This document shows positions 51,513 to 64,000 of a stretch of DNA of 64,000 nt, piece after piece. Position numbers and translations under genes: made by a program. Under the pieces are notes generated by a model. It was not told where the DNA came from. It did not search any database and was given only the letters and a program-made list of their open reading frames with translations. The DNA lies in contig NC_081331.1 in the NCBI RefSeq assembly GCF_022539665.2, forward strand, positions 9,486,001 to 9,550,000, in the 5' to 3' direction. Source of the stretch: Daphnia carinata (Eukaryota). Position 1 is the stretch's first letter; every line of letters starts with the position of its first letter.

Positions 51513-52882
51513 TGTTACGGATAAAAGCAATTGAATATCTAGATCTATTTTGCTATAAAGACATATACGTACATAAATATACGGAAAACCATTCGACCCA
51601 CATTTTTACTAATACAGTCTGTTTTTTGGGTGAGGAATTCTTTTGATAATTTTATGAGACCACACACCACCATCTCGTGGCAGTCCACCAAAAATTAATT
51701 AGGGCACCATGCACATAGATGGGAACAAATCATTTTACAGTACAATAAATAAACTGATGATGTTTGCGAAGATCCCAATAGCTCAAAATAAAAGCAGTTT
51801 GATCGCAATCACTTTGGAGTAAATAAATCAAACACTATAAAATTCATGTGAAGCGAAGTCAATAGTCGTAATCCTGATTCAGTTTCAAATCTCAATCATG
51901 TATTTTTTAAGTCTTAGGAAAAAAAAAGAAAAACGCACAACCTGTAAAGTCGGGCTTGTTTCTACTGGGCTTATTTTCACAGAACAATCGGGCTTAAATT
52001 TTTCGTTTTTAACTGATAATACCAAATCGAATGAAACAAAATTAATCGCTGATCCTAATAATAGTTTCACTGTCACTTAAACGTTTTTTGAATAACGCGG
52101 CGATGAATAACGCTCCATCGCGCTAGCGCTGTAGCTTACTGGCGCGCTAGCATTGCATTAAATATTCAGTGTATTTCAAAAACGATTAACTTAATGAAAA
52201 AAATAGCAATTTTCCCGGAATCAGCATTCAATTTTGAATACGCGGAGTGTAGGGAATTAAGTAGAAATCTGACCGGTAGATGACAATAGCAATAAAACAT
52301 AAAAAAAGGCCGTAATTTTTTCGGGGGTAAAACGAAGATTGCTATTGCAATGCTATCGCACTGTACTTGAACCTTAGTATTCTAGCACCGCAGTAAGACC
52401 GTCTACAAATAAGCTATAACACTTACAAATTTACTGATCAGACTGACAAATACTATAGCAAGACGAAAACAATGGCTATACAATATGTTTGTGCATTGAC
52501 TCGTTGCGTGCATGGACGATATAAAAGATTGACATTGCATGTGATTATGGTTTAATGGTTGAGCATCGGGAAGATATGCCGATTGTTAGTCTTCAAAACC
52601 CAATAGTCACAAAAAATTCAATTGGTGTCATTTGTGAGTGTTTCTGGTGTCAATTATTTAAACGATTCAGTTCTAATAAAATGTGTTAATTGTGTGTGAT
52701 TGTGTAAATGCTTCCCAATAAAAGTAATACAAATATTAAACAACTTTTGGTTCTTCTAATGTCAACAGTGTTAAATCACAGCGTCAAACATCAGATTAAT
52801 ACATTAAGAAAACACTTTTTAAATTTGCTAAACAAGTGCATCTACAGTGACGAAAGCTGGACAAGAGCGGCATTTACTGGAT

Positions 52883-54811
52883 TTAGCCGTAGAATTTTCG
52901 GCCGGGATTGTTGGACTGAGCGTCAGCAATCCAGCCTATGTAAGTGCTAACTCGTGTGTAAACACCTGCATAGTCGGTATCAGCACAACCTTTGGCAAGC
53001 GAAGCGATACCGACTTCAACGCCGTCACTGTCACCCTGTAAATGATTTAAATTTCATTTGAAACCGTTGTCTGCATTGTAAGCTTGCCGACAGTTTTAAT
53101 CTTTCTTGAGTGAATAACCTGGCAAGTGGCTGTGTCCGATCCGGCAGCACACAACATATTAGCGCCATTGAAAACTGCGTATTGACTGGCGCAAAGTGTG
53201 TTCTCTAGAACAGTGACGTCCGCCTTCAGCAATACCTTTGACAAATTTCCACCTTGTAAGTGAACGAAAAAAGAAATCGTTTATTAGGGGGCAAAAATAG
53301 CACGTATATTTAAAATTTGTCTCGGGAACAGAACATATTTTACCTGAGGAATTTGTTCCCCATTCGGCAATAACGGCCGCTGTGTTGGCGTAATCAGGAA
53401 ATGCTCTTATTGCCTGACTTCTTAATGGTCTTAGATGTTGTTGTTAATGATGTAGACTGTTGGCTTCCCTTTTGGTTTCTTTGTCGATTTCGCTTTCATC
53501 GTTGTTGGCTTCATGGTAGGCTTCTTGGTAATTTGTCTCTTCGGAGTTGTCGGTTTTTTGGTGGGCGTGGGTTTCTTTGTTACTGATTTTTTGGTAGTTG
53601 TGGGTTCGGTTGGTTCTAGGGGTGCATCGTCTTTCGGCAGGGGGACGAAATCGATAGTTGTAACCACTTCATTCCAGACCAGCAAAGCGACGTCGTTATT
53701 CTGCAATTAAAGATGAAGGAATACTAACGTGCAAGTCCCGTAAAAAAAAAAAACAGCTGCCGTTGAAGTAGAAACGGTTTTCGTTAACAGAATAATTGAA
53801 TTTTTGTTGTGTGGTGAAAATATTTCTAGTTCTTATCGCGAACAAGGTAATGTGTTTGTTACTACTGCAGAGAACTCATAAGAAATTTTAACAAAACAAC
53901 AAATTTTTTTGTTAACTTTTGTTAACGTTTGAACAAAAAATTTTTTGCTTTACATTTAACGTATAAGTGTCTTATTTTATAACCAAGAATAAAATTCTTT
54001 TGGAAAACGCTTACGTTACTTTTGTCGTCGCTCGTAATTTTCATGCATAACAAAGGACGCCACGCCTCTGGTAATGGCGTCCGCTGCTTCACCGTCAATT
54101 AACAACGTGTTGAGATGCACAATAAAACCGGAAGCATCGGAAGGAATAAACCTGAAATCACAAAAGAAACAGTTTCACACTAAAGAGGACGTTAGAGTTA
54201 AAAAGCTGGGTATAGGTTACATTACTAGATGTTGCAAGAATATTACCTTAGTACGAATAGTAGACGACCATTTTACCTATTCAAACAATGAGCCGTTGTC
54301 AAGACATGGAATGGTCTAATCAAAGTCCCACCGCATCTATCTCCTTTCAAATCCAGACTGGTCTGAAAAAACAAAAGAAAAAGAATTATTGGGAACCTAA
54401 TGATATACCTTAATAAACTGAATATTAGCATTCATTTTTTTAACATAACACTTTACAAGACGTAAAGAGACTTCTTCCTAAAAATAATTTGCATTCTCGA
54501 AAATAAATCACCAAGTGAGAAAATTCACCGGCGCTAGCGGGAGTTCCACCGACGATTGATATCGTTGGTATCAAAGTTTCTACAGTTCAATAGCAAGTAT
54601 TATGAATTCGGGTGTACTTTTTACTAATTATACTTGTGGTTTAAATTACAGGTAAGCAATGCCCTTACCGTTGCCTCGACGAACTGTTGGGGATACACGA
54701 AACCAACCAGGCAAAGTAATCCGATCGCCTATAACATTGAAACACATACTAATTAAATGAAAAAGTATAAATTCATTTTTAAATTCATCTTACCTGAACG
54801 GTGGAAGTCAT
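52883..54811 (-). pseudogene. Trypsin-like serine protease copy A (disrupted)
   Basis: Eight-exon structure MTSTVQ.., IVGG, TTAHC, NDVAL, CQ|GDS. Frameshifts in exon 2, near 54030 and in the Thr/Lys insertion, plus deletion of GGPIYV directly after Ser195. Confidence 0.85.
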
Positions 54812-56343
54812 CGCGAAAAATGTGGTGCACTTGTAAAGTGTATCACAATCGTACGAGACGGCGTTGAGCGAATGGTCACCGTGGTTGGAACGTCCGCCTT
54901 TTTATATGAATATGAGAAGCATTCGATAGTGTGACTTCACTTGAAAAAACAGTCGGTGCAAACCATGCGTCAGCAAGTTTGAAACGACGTTAACGTGGCG
55001 AATGTCAGAAGAGAAGTATGGAGATCCAAATGGAGCAGGTCGTGAATATGTGTTGAAATTCTACTGGATATACTAGCCCATTAAGACGCAATTTTAAACG
55101 AAAAAGCGCGATTCAAAAGATAACCGGTTCATAAACTATTGCAAGAACACACATACACACCTGTTCCGTCCGTTCAGCCATATTCGCTTACGTAGAAGCC
55201 ACATCATGTCCGGGGGCCATGGAAATGAAACAACGGACAGTATAGCTTTTCATGTGACTGCCGTGTACAACACTGACGTTGGGAGACAAATGAAAGCGAA
55301 TTTCTGATTGGCAGCATTGATAAGATTACAACGGGAAGACAAGTCCTCCAGTTACCTATTTCCTCCTGCATTCACGCCGGACAGAAGAGAAGAGATGGCA
55401 CAGCGATTATTAAACAGCTATTTATGTTAGAATGCGATTCAATAATCACTTACCCGTATCAACTGGACGTACTCATCGTATTCGAAACTGCTGGGTATGT
55501 TCTGCATAACAGCTGACATCGGGAGAACCTGTACGTATGAAAAGCTATGCAACAAACATGAAAAAGAAACGTTTAAACACGCTCTAGCCTACGCATTCAT
55601 CGAGCATGAATCATTCACGTCAGTGACAATGTTCACATTAAAAACTCCACGTTGCATTTGAACAGTGATGGTATACATAGTTTAATTGAGAATACAGAGA
55701 TGTTCAACACAATATGAAGGTGCCTCACCTGAAACTTGTCACGTGAAAGGGTTGCAAACGATGGAGGTGAAAACCTATCCAAAATGGAAATAGCAGCATC
55801 GCTCATGGAGAACTGTAATGGTCGAACGGTTGGAGATCACTAAATTTGTGGTAACTGAAAGCTTGTCATAGGTAAGGATGGGTATTGCGTAACTTTTTCT
55901 GTTTTTAGGGTATGGGGACGATTTTTGGAGGTCATAGGGAGAAAGAGAAAAAAAAATGACTAATAATTTGAGGGGGAAAAAATTTCTATTTCTATAAACA
56001 GCATGATCGAGGATGACAATCGCCAAATGCATTTAATAGCCACCAGATTTGATAAAAATATCCACATCCGATCAAGCAAAAAAGTGTTTTGTTTTGTGTT
56101 TGAATTCGTGACCTAATCCAGCTGACAGTGTTTAAGTCGAACAAAGAGAACGACCGTAACAGTTTAGTATGCTTGCCCAATAAAGAATATATTATGCCAG
56201 TACCAGTTTCTTCCCACATGTGCAGTAAAACAAAAAAATATTGAAATACATATGAATGATATTAATATGTGAGATTAGACATAAAAGGTTAAAAGTGAAT
56301 GCTATTAATATGCTCGTTTTCGAGAACTCTTTGGAGATGAGGT

Positions 56344-58284
56344 TCAATAGCCGTTCAACAGTTTCGTCTGAGCTGTTGCAATCCAGTCCATGTAATTTGT
56401 GAGCCGTGTGTAAACACCGGGATAACTAGGATGAGCGCAACCTACACCCCAGCTGGTAATTCCAACTTGAACACCGTCGACGTAAATTGGACCGCCACTA
56501 TCGCCCTATTAAATCACATATAACATTTGAAAGTCGAATTCTGCTTAGTAATTTGGACAAAAATGTTAGTTTTCTTGAGAATATAACCTGACAAGTGTCT
56601 TTTCCGATTGCTGGGGCACACAACATCGTGGTTTCATGGAATTTAAGTATGAAATTTGCATACGCTTCTGTGCAGGCTGCATTCGCTAGAATAGTGATGT
56701 TAGTCTTCAGTAGTAAATTTGAACCGACTCCACCTTTGAGTGAACGAAGACACAGTTTATTGGATGTAAGAGCTAGTAACTAGACGTAAAAAATGTATCG
56801 ATAAAACAGGATTTTGTTTTGTTTTTACCTGAAGAATTACGACCCCAACCAGCAACAACTGGTTGGTTTCGGTTGGTTTCTTCGTAGTTTTCGGTTTCGC
56901 AGTTGTTAGTTTTTTCGTAGTTGGTTTCTTCGTTGTCGGTTTTTTCGTTGTCGGTGTTTTCGTTGTAGTTGGCTCCGTCGTTGGTTCTGTCGGTGGTTCA
57001 GTTGGTGATTCTGTCGGTGTTTTCGTCGATGGAATTTCAATTGATTGTTCTACGAGTGCTTCGTTTTTCGGAAGAGTGACGAAATCAACATCTGTAACGG
57101 CTTCATCCAAAGCAATCAAAGCGATGTCGTTCTCCTGTTGTGAACGTAACAATTAACAAACGTGGTGGTCCCAAAAACGACAGATAGCTTCTTTGGAAAG
57201 CGGAACATTTTTTAGCAAACAAAATTGTAAAAATGTGTCTTAAAAATTATCGAGGTCTGGCTTATTAGTATAAAATTAATCATTATTAATCGTTTAAAAG
57301 TAGCCGATGCTTCTATTAATATTAACAGAAAACTGATGAGCAATGTAGAGCCGCAAAAACATTCAACATTTGGTATTTATCTGCATTAACAAAATACTTG
57401 GTCTATAAGATGAAATTTTCATTTCAAAGACTTACATACGTGGCGCCGTTGTAGTTTTCATGCATAATATAAGAAGACACCCTTCGAAAAACACTGCCCT
57501 CTACCCAACCGTTATACAACACCGTATTAAGAGTTACATAGAAAAATGAAACGTCGCCTGGACTAAACCTGAAAGAATAAAATAAAACACGTGAACGAAA
57601 ACGTAAGTATTTTATAAAGTAGAATATACATAAGCAAATTTTTATTTAAAAATATAACTGAATAGCGACTAGTCTTGCCATTTAACCTTTCTAAACAATG
57701 AGCCGCTGTCAAAATAACGTTTGAGTTGATCAAAGTTCCACCGCACTTCCAATCAGATAAAAACAAATGAAGACCGGCCTGAAAAAGTTTCAAATAAAAC
57801 AAATAAATAATTAGAGTTTATGAAACGCGTAAGGGCTGTAGAATATTTTGATAGGAGAAATACAAGTTTGCCACTGAAACTGAAAACCTCCCATAATCAA
57901 ATGTGTAGTAGCTTACCAAATGAGGAAATTCACCGGGGGAAGCGAGGGCTCCACCGACGATCGATATGTTGGGCGTTGAAGTTCCTTCAAATTCATTACA
58001 AACCATTATGGTTTCAAACGCGCATTGGGCTGCTTATTTCCTGTTACAATTATATTTAACTAACTGCCTTACTGTTGCCACTTTTGATGTCACGAAGTGA
58101 GCCCGAATGCACGAAACCGACCATGCACAATAAGCTTAAGGCCTATATATTTCAATGGAACACAGTTGGTTCATTTTGAAAAAATATGTAATACAACAAA
58201 ATGAAAGATGTGCAAGAAACATTGGTTTTAAGCTAAAACAGTAAACTTAAATGGAATTCATATTACCGAAATAGCGAGATTCAT
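56344..58284 (-). pseudogene. Trypsin-like serine protease copy B (triad intact, one frameshift)
   Basis: MNLAIS.., [33 protein letters not shown]. The VVAGWG motif near 56860 is out of frame with the preceding TKKP repeat; this could be an allele or an assembly error. Confidence 0.7.
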
Positions 58285-59637
58285 CGTGAAAACGTACTGC
58301 CTCCTCGGAAAACCGTAGCCGGGGTATCTGCAAAGCTCAGGTAAAGAGTGATTACCTCGCTCGGGCTTCGCTCTTTTTATTTGAATTCGAGGGGCATTCA
58401 ACAACGTTGTTTCGTGCAAACCTTGTCCCTTCCCCATCGTTTTCACTCATATGCCAGTCATAGCATATCCTGTAGCTGTGCAAATGCAACAATTGTTGTT
58501 TTTTTTGTTTTGTCTTTTTCGTGACTAAATTGTCCCAAAAACAAAAGGTGAATGCATTTTCAAATGCACCTTCTGCGTGAGATCATTGTTAAGGTGGGAT
58601 AGAAACAGTGACCGAAGGTTTCGACTTCTCTGCATCCGTCCACGTCAACGGTGAAACAGCTGCGTACCATGTGCAGGTGTGTGTCTCACAAACGAACGTA
58701 GCTTTTCGCCGGACTACAAGGAGGGAGGAGTCCGTTTCGTCCAAACATTTAGTTGTCCGAATTTTGTCGCACTTACGGGTGGCTCAATTGTCTTGGGTCG
58801 TTGATATGCGGCAGTCGCATTTAGACCGCTTTCCAGCCTCACCAAGTAACGTGTTTCCAAATGGCAAAGAAAATAAACTCAGTTAATGCATAAACTTTTA
58901 ATGCCTGAAGTGTAGAAAGCAAATAGATAAATGAATCGCAATAGATGGACTGCCAGCAATCAATAAATAATCAATACATCCGTGCGAAAAATTATCAATG
59001 GGAAAAACCTAGGTCAAACTCGTAATTGTACAATCTAACACTTCTTGCATTAAGGAGGCAACTCAGCCGGCATTCGTGATAACGGCCCGGATGAGCCCTG
59101 CGGGCTGTGGCATCATATAATAACGTATCCTATCGTAACGCATGCCACGATCAACACGAATGTAAAGGACAAAATGCGAGTAAAGAGTAGACGGACTGTC
59201 GAGTTTTTCATTTACAATACGTGTATAATTACTGGATCAATCAACGCTTCGCTAGCGGCAATAAATAACTGTTGATGTTGCGCACCTGTGATATGGAATG
59301 ATAGGCTCTGAGATATGCGTTTCGCGTTTCCGTTCCCTTAGTGGTTGTACTGTGGACCATTACTTGTCTATTTGGGTGTAGGTTTAATCCACTTGATTTC
59401 AAACACAGAAGTGGAAGAGTGTCAGTCGATCCACTTGTTGGCCAATCCACCTCAACTTGCAGCCACCATCATGCTGATCGGAGAGGTTCTCATCAAAATG
59501 TCATTGCCTACTCATCAGTTTGGCCAATCTATTTGTCATGAGCTGGTTTGTTACATTACATACAACATGCTTAATGTACATAAAAAGGCAAGGAGGGCCT
59601 TTGAAAGAAGATCAGCTTTAAAGGTGAAAGCTGCACA

Positions 59638-61486
59638 TTAGGGATATATTAGCGAAAGCCGATAGAATATTTGACCAGGATTGTCGGCTTGAGCGTTTGA
59701 AATCCAGTCAATGTAACCACTGACTCGTGTGTAAACATTGGCAAAACCAAGAATAGTGCAACCGTAGCCATAAGAGGTAATACCGACTTGAACACCGTCC
59801 ACGTAAATCGGACCACCACTGTCACCCTGTCAAATAAAAGCACATTTTGAATACCGTTGTCTTCATCTGAAATTCGATGAAAATGTTGTATGATTTCTTG
59901 AGAGAATAATAACCTGGCAATTGTTGATTCCCGATCCGATGGCACACAACATTGTTGCGCTATCGAAAAGCGTTCCGTATTGAGCGGCGCAAACTGCACT
60001 CTCTAGAACAGTGACATTGGCCTTCCTTAATTTCGTTGGAAGGCTTTCGGCTTTTGAGTGAAATGAAGGGAAGAAACCGTTTGTTAGCAAAAGGGAAGAA
60101 ACACTACTATTTTCGAATCTATTTCAGGAATTTAGGAAATTTTATACCAGAAGACGTTGTGCCAAATCCAGCAACGATGGCCGCTTTGCGGCTAGAATAA
60201 ATGATGGCATTTGTTGCTAGCCTTTTTGTAGTATTCAATTTTCTGGCTGCGTGTTTTTTTGTTGTTGTAGGTGTCTTGGTATTAGGCGTGGGTTCAGTTG
60301 GCACTACAACTAGTTCTTTTGTTAGTTCTTCCGTCAGAATTTGGGCTGGTTCTGCGGAAGCCTCGTTTCGGAGAAGGTTGACGTAATCGATAGTGGTAAC
60401 GGCCTCATTCAAAACCAACAGAGCGATATCGTGTTCCTGTAATTAATATGAAGGTAAATAAATGTGGCGGTTCCATAAACAGAAAAAAGATTTGTAATTT
60501 TGCTATTTAACACAAAAGTTACCTGTGTTTGTCACGAATAAAATAGCAATGCTTCGATTACAACAAGCGCCCAAATCACAGGAAATACCAATCTTGCCCT
60601 TGGCTTTTACCCCCATTAAGTAAAAGGCTTTGTGTTTAAGATAATTTTTTTTTTGTAAAGCCTTACGTTAGTGCTGCCATCGTAGCTCTCGTGCATAACA
60701 AAGAACGACACTCCTCTAGTAATGGAGCCCCTTCCTTTCCCGTCCATCGACAACGTGTTCAGGTGCACGGTGAAATCGAGAACATTGTAAGGAGCAAAAC
60801 TGAAATTGGAAAACAAACAGATTCACGTAAATGTGTCCGATAGGCTAGGAATAATGCGGCATGAATTCCAGTTTAATTCATTGTAGGAATATTGCCTTAA
60901 ATTGGATAGTAAAGCGTCTTTGTCATTTTACCTGTATAAACAATGAGCCGCTGTCAAGATATGGTATTCTCCAATCAAAGTTCCACAGCACAATTTTCCA
61001 TTCAAATCCAAGCGGGCCTGACAAAAAAGATACCGCTAGTAGTATATTAGAAAGAATAATATCATTCTGCCATTGTAACAAAGACCTTGTTGTTAAATAA
61101 GGAATTCGAATGATAATGGTTTTGAGCTTACCAAGTGAGGAAATTCACCAGCGCGAACGAGAGTTCCCCGGATAATGGATGTGTTCAGCTTGGAAGTCCC
61201 TTTTCAGTTCATCACAAAATATTATTGTTTCAAACGTACTTTGTGATGCTTTATCTCGATTACGATTACATTGAAATAAATGGCTTACCTCTGCCTTTTG
61301 TTATCTCATCGAGTGTGTGTGGATGCCCTGAACCAGCCACCCACGAAAGGCTCAATGCCTATTCCATCAAACAAAGTTAAATTCGTTTTTTAATATTAAT
61401 CATAACAATATAAAACATTAGAGACACCACCAGCTTTAGCTTAAGTAGAAAAGGGAAATGTGTGTTACCCAAATAACGAGGCTCAT
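59638..61486 (-). CDS. Trypsin-fold serine protease copy C (apparently intact)
   Basis: Eight exons splice in frame: MSLVIW.., IIRG, TAAHC, HDIAL, insertion, IVAGFG, INNCQGDSGGP, NVYTRVSGYIDWI. Confidence 0.85.
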
Positions 61487-63025
61487 TGTAAAACAAATCT
61501 ATAGGCAAGTAACGTGTTAAAACGTTAGCTTTTTTAAAGAATTTGTATACGATAGGAATCCAATTGCCTCTTCTCAACAAGCTTTGGCAGCCTTCTGTCA
61601 TTGCTGGCAAACTGGACGAGCCGCCCCCGTGCATCGTCAATTTTGAATTCACATAAGTGTGACTAAATACAAGGAAAATGAAACCAAGGTGAGGTACGAC
61701 TCACGCAGATCGGGAACATGTGCTGATATCCTATTGGGTATTCTAGAAATACAACATGTAGGCTACATATGTATGCAAAAAAAAAAAAAAAACGTGTGAA
61801 AGGTAGCTTACAAAACGCTAACAGCTGCAACACTACGGTGAATTGAAAGTGTGCACATCTGCATCGCTATCAGTCAGGCCGGTCGCTTTCCTTATAACCT
61901 AGATGACAAACCGTAGCTGGAAGCTAGGCAATGGAACATTTTGTGTACTCTGAAAGCGAAGTTTTAAGAAACGGTGAATGGAGGCTATCGACAGTGTTGA
62001 AGGAAAAGAATAATAACAAGTACTACCCAAGCACGCCGTTTTCCAAGTTTCATTGCCCATGCAAGTTAAATGAAGCGAATCCATCAGTCATAACAATTGT
62101 CAATTAAGATTAAAATCAGGGAGTCAATTAAATCTAGTTAAAAAAAACTGTGAAATTGAATAATTTTAGAGGGGTATCTCCAAATACCTAAACTATCAGT
62201 CTGCAAATACATTGATTGAGTACTAGACACTTAAACGATGATAGTAAATTTCCATACTTGAACGACTTAATTTCGCACGCCAACCATTGTTCTTCTGAAA
62301 TTTTTCGCGAAGAATCACACAAACGAACGTCAGATCAAAACAAAAAGTTCACGCTGAGGAAAATGTTAACACAAACAATAAATGCACGGTGCGATTCGTG
62401 ATGGTTTTCAACTAGGAACGATTTAGACAGGTGCGCAACTGTTGCGTCTGACATGGTCAAGGAGAAACAAAGGAATAAATGGTAGCAGAGTTGCATAAAG
62501 AATTGCCCGGCTTTTCTTTCTTAAGAAAAAAAAAGGGGAAGGGCAATCTAACAAGAAAAGGTAATAAAAAGGGTAGTGGCAACCTTTTTCCTTTCTTTTC
62601 TTTTTTCTGTGGGAGTGGCATGTTGAAAACACGTGAACAATAGTTCCTTTTGGACTTTGTTAAAAACATTAGGTTGGGTAAAAAACGGCGTATTTCAACT
62701 ACGCTACGACTAATAAAGCAAATTCGGATTTTGTTTAAAGTTGGATTAGTTGCTGAGACTGACAAAGTCTTAATAAGGAGAATATATGCACATCAACAGT
62801 TTTATGCTTGGTCAGTAAACAATTTATTTTGTCAATAAAATGGGATTTTTTTTTCTCACGCATGCGTATTCAAACTAAGTACTATAATATGCATTTAAGG
62901 TACATTGTAGAAAGATGCTAAATGCAGATGAAAGGATAAACGGGTTTTCGTTTAAAACAAGTTCAGTCGTAACGGCGAAAGTTGCACACCGTAGGGATGT
63001 CCGAAAATAGGCTATTTGTTTATAT

Positions 63026-63971
63026 TCACTGTGTGGTTTTAATCAGCTGACGTAACGTCTGACTCGTGTATAAACACCACACAGGTGGAATACACAATCT
63101 GCCAAAGGAGGTGGTACCGACTTGAACGCCGTCAACGTAAATCGGACCGCCACTGTCACCCTATAAAATCAAATTTAAATTTAAATGTCGTTGTCTGCAT
63201 GGCAAACTCGATAGTGATTTGTTAATTTTTCTTGAGACGGTAACCTGGCAGGCGTCTCTCCCGTCTGCGGAGGCACACAACATAGCAGTGTTGTTGAACC
63301 TCGATCAGTATTCACTAGTGCAAACTGCATTATTTGAACAATGACGTCGGCCTTCAGCAATACGTCTGACCAGCTTCCTTCTATTGTGCCAACGAAAGAA
63401 GAAATCGCTTCATTAGGACAATAAAAATAACAAATACATTTGCAGCAATTTTGTTAACGGAATAGAGAATGTTTAACCCGAACAGGTTGCTCCCCATCCA
63501 GCGATGACGGCCGGTTTCTTGGCGTATAAAACTGTTTCTTTGGAGGTTTTGTTGTCGTCTTCATATATTCGCCGTTGTCTTTTTGGTGGTTGTCGGTTTT
63601 TTTTTGTGGTAGTCGGTTTTTTTGGTGGTCGTCGGTTTCTTGGTGGTCGTCGGTTTCTTGGTGGTCGTCGGTTTTTTGGTGGTTGTCGGTTTTTTAGTGG
63701 TCGTCGGTTGTTTTGTAGTAGTGGGTTTTTTGGTAGTAGTAGGTTTTGTGGTAGTTGTGGGTTCCGTTGTGGGTTCCGTTGGCGGTTCTGTTGGCGGTTC
63801 CGTTGCCGTTTCCGTAGGTGCATCCGTTTGCGGCTCTGTAGGTGCATCGGTAGGCGCATCCGTAATAGGCTCCGCTGTTGGCTGATCTGTTGTTGCGTCG
63901 TCCGTCGGAAGAGTGGTAAATGGGATATTCTTCACCGGTTCTCTCAACACTAGTAATGCGATGTCATTCGT
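63026..63971 (-). pseudogene. Trypsin-like serine protease copy D, 3' part (5' exons beyond the window), disrupted
   Basis: NDIALL, TEP/TTTKKP insertion, VIAGWG, RDACQGDSGGP. Several indels (in the repeat, near 63335, in the last exon) and an in-frame TGA near 63306. Confidence 0.8.
63585..63885 (-). repeat. Coding minisatellite: 12-nt TEPP/TDAP units followed by 18-nt TTTKKP units
   Basis: Repeating ggtggtcgtcggtttctt-like units on the + strand; related arrays at 56870-57025 and 53470-53615. Confidence 0.9.
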
Positions 63972-64000
63972 CTACAATTAACGGGAGGGTTAAAGAACAC

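Noticed and set aside
50282..51530. Antisense Gly-Pro ORFs over the collagen
   Set aside because: GGN/CCN codon complementarity makes the reverse strand of collagens look collagen-like; no signal peptide or splice support.
52118..52152. GC-rich imperfect hairpin ending in CTAG, resembling a Helitron 3' end
   Set aside because: CTAG is part of the stem rather than downstream of it, and no 5' end or second copy is visible.
55000..56300. Spacers between protease copies (also 58500-59600 and 61600-62900) as possible TE remnants
   Set aside because: No terminal repeats, target-site duplications or coding motifs identifiable by eye; a repeat-library search is needed.

Overview
AT-rich eukaryotic genomic DNA with many short (~60-110 nt) GT-AG introns. 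Intron style and gene content suggest a cladoceran crustacean such as Daphnia (inference, not proven). Manual splicing gives, in order: an intronless degenerate class-A GPCR; NAC-alpha; a fold-back locus of two inverted trypsin pseudogene remnants plus a 249-bp tandem repeat; DHX8/Prp22; a DRC2/CCDC65-like ciliary coiled-coil gene; a large CNGL-type cyclic-nucleotide-gated channel (~17 kb, 18 coding exons); a toucan/SPAG5-like coiled-coil protein; neuferricin head-to-head with IBTK; a short Cys-free secreted collagen; and a tandem array of four trypsin-like genes, three frameshifted, each with a Thr/Pro-rich insertion inside the protease domain. No prokaryotic systems, CRISPR arrays, tRNA/rRNA genes or coding transposons were seen. 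Best leads: a hidden in-frame cassette exon between pore and S6 of the channel, RFX X-boxes at the adjacent DRC2 and CNGL genes, a pseudogene-derived long inverted repeat, and the mucin-split trypsin array.
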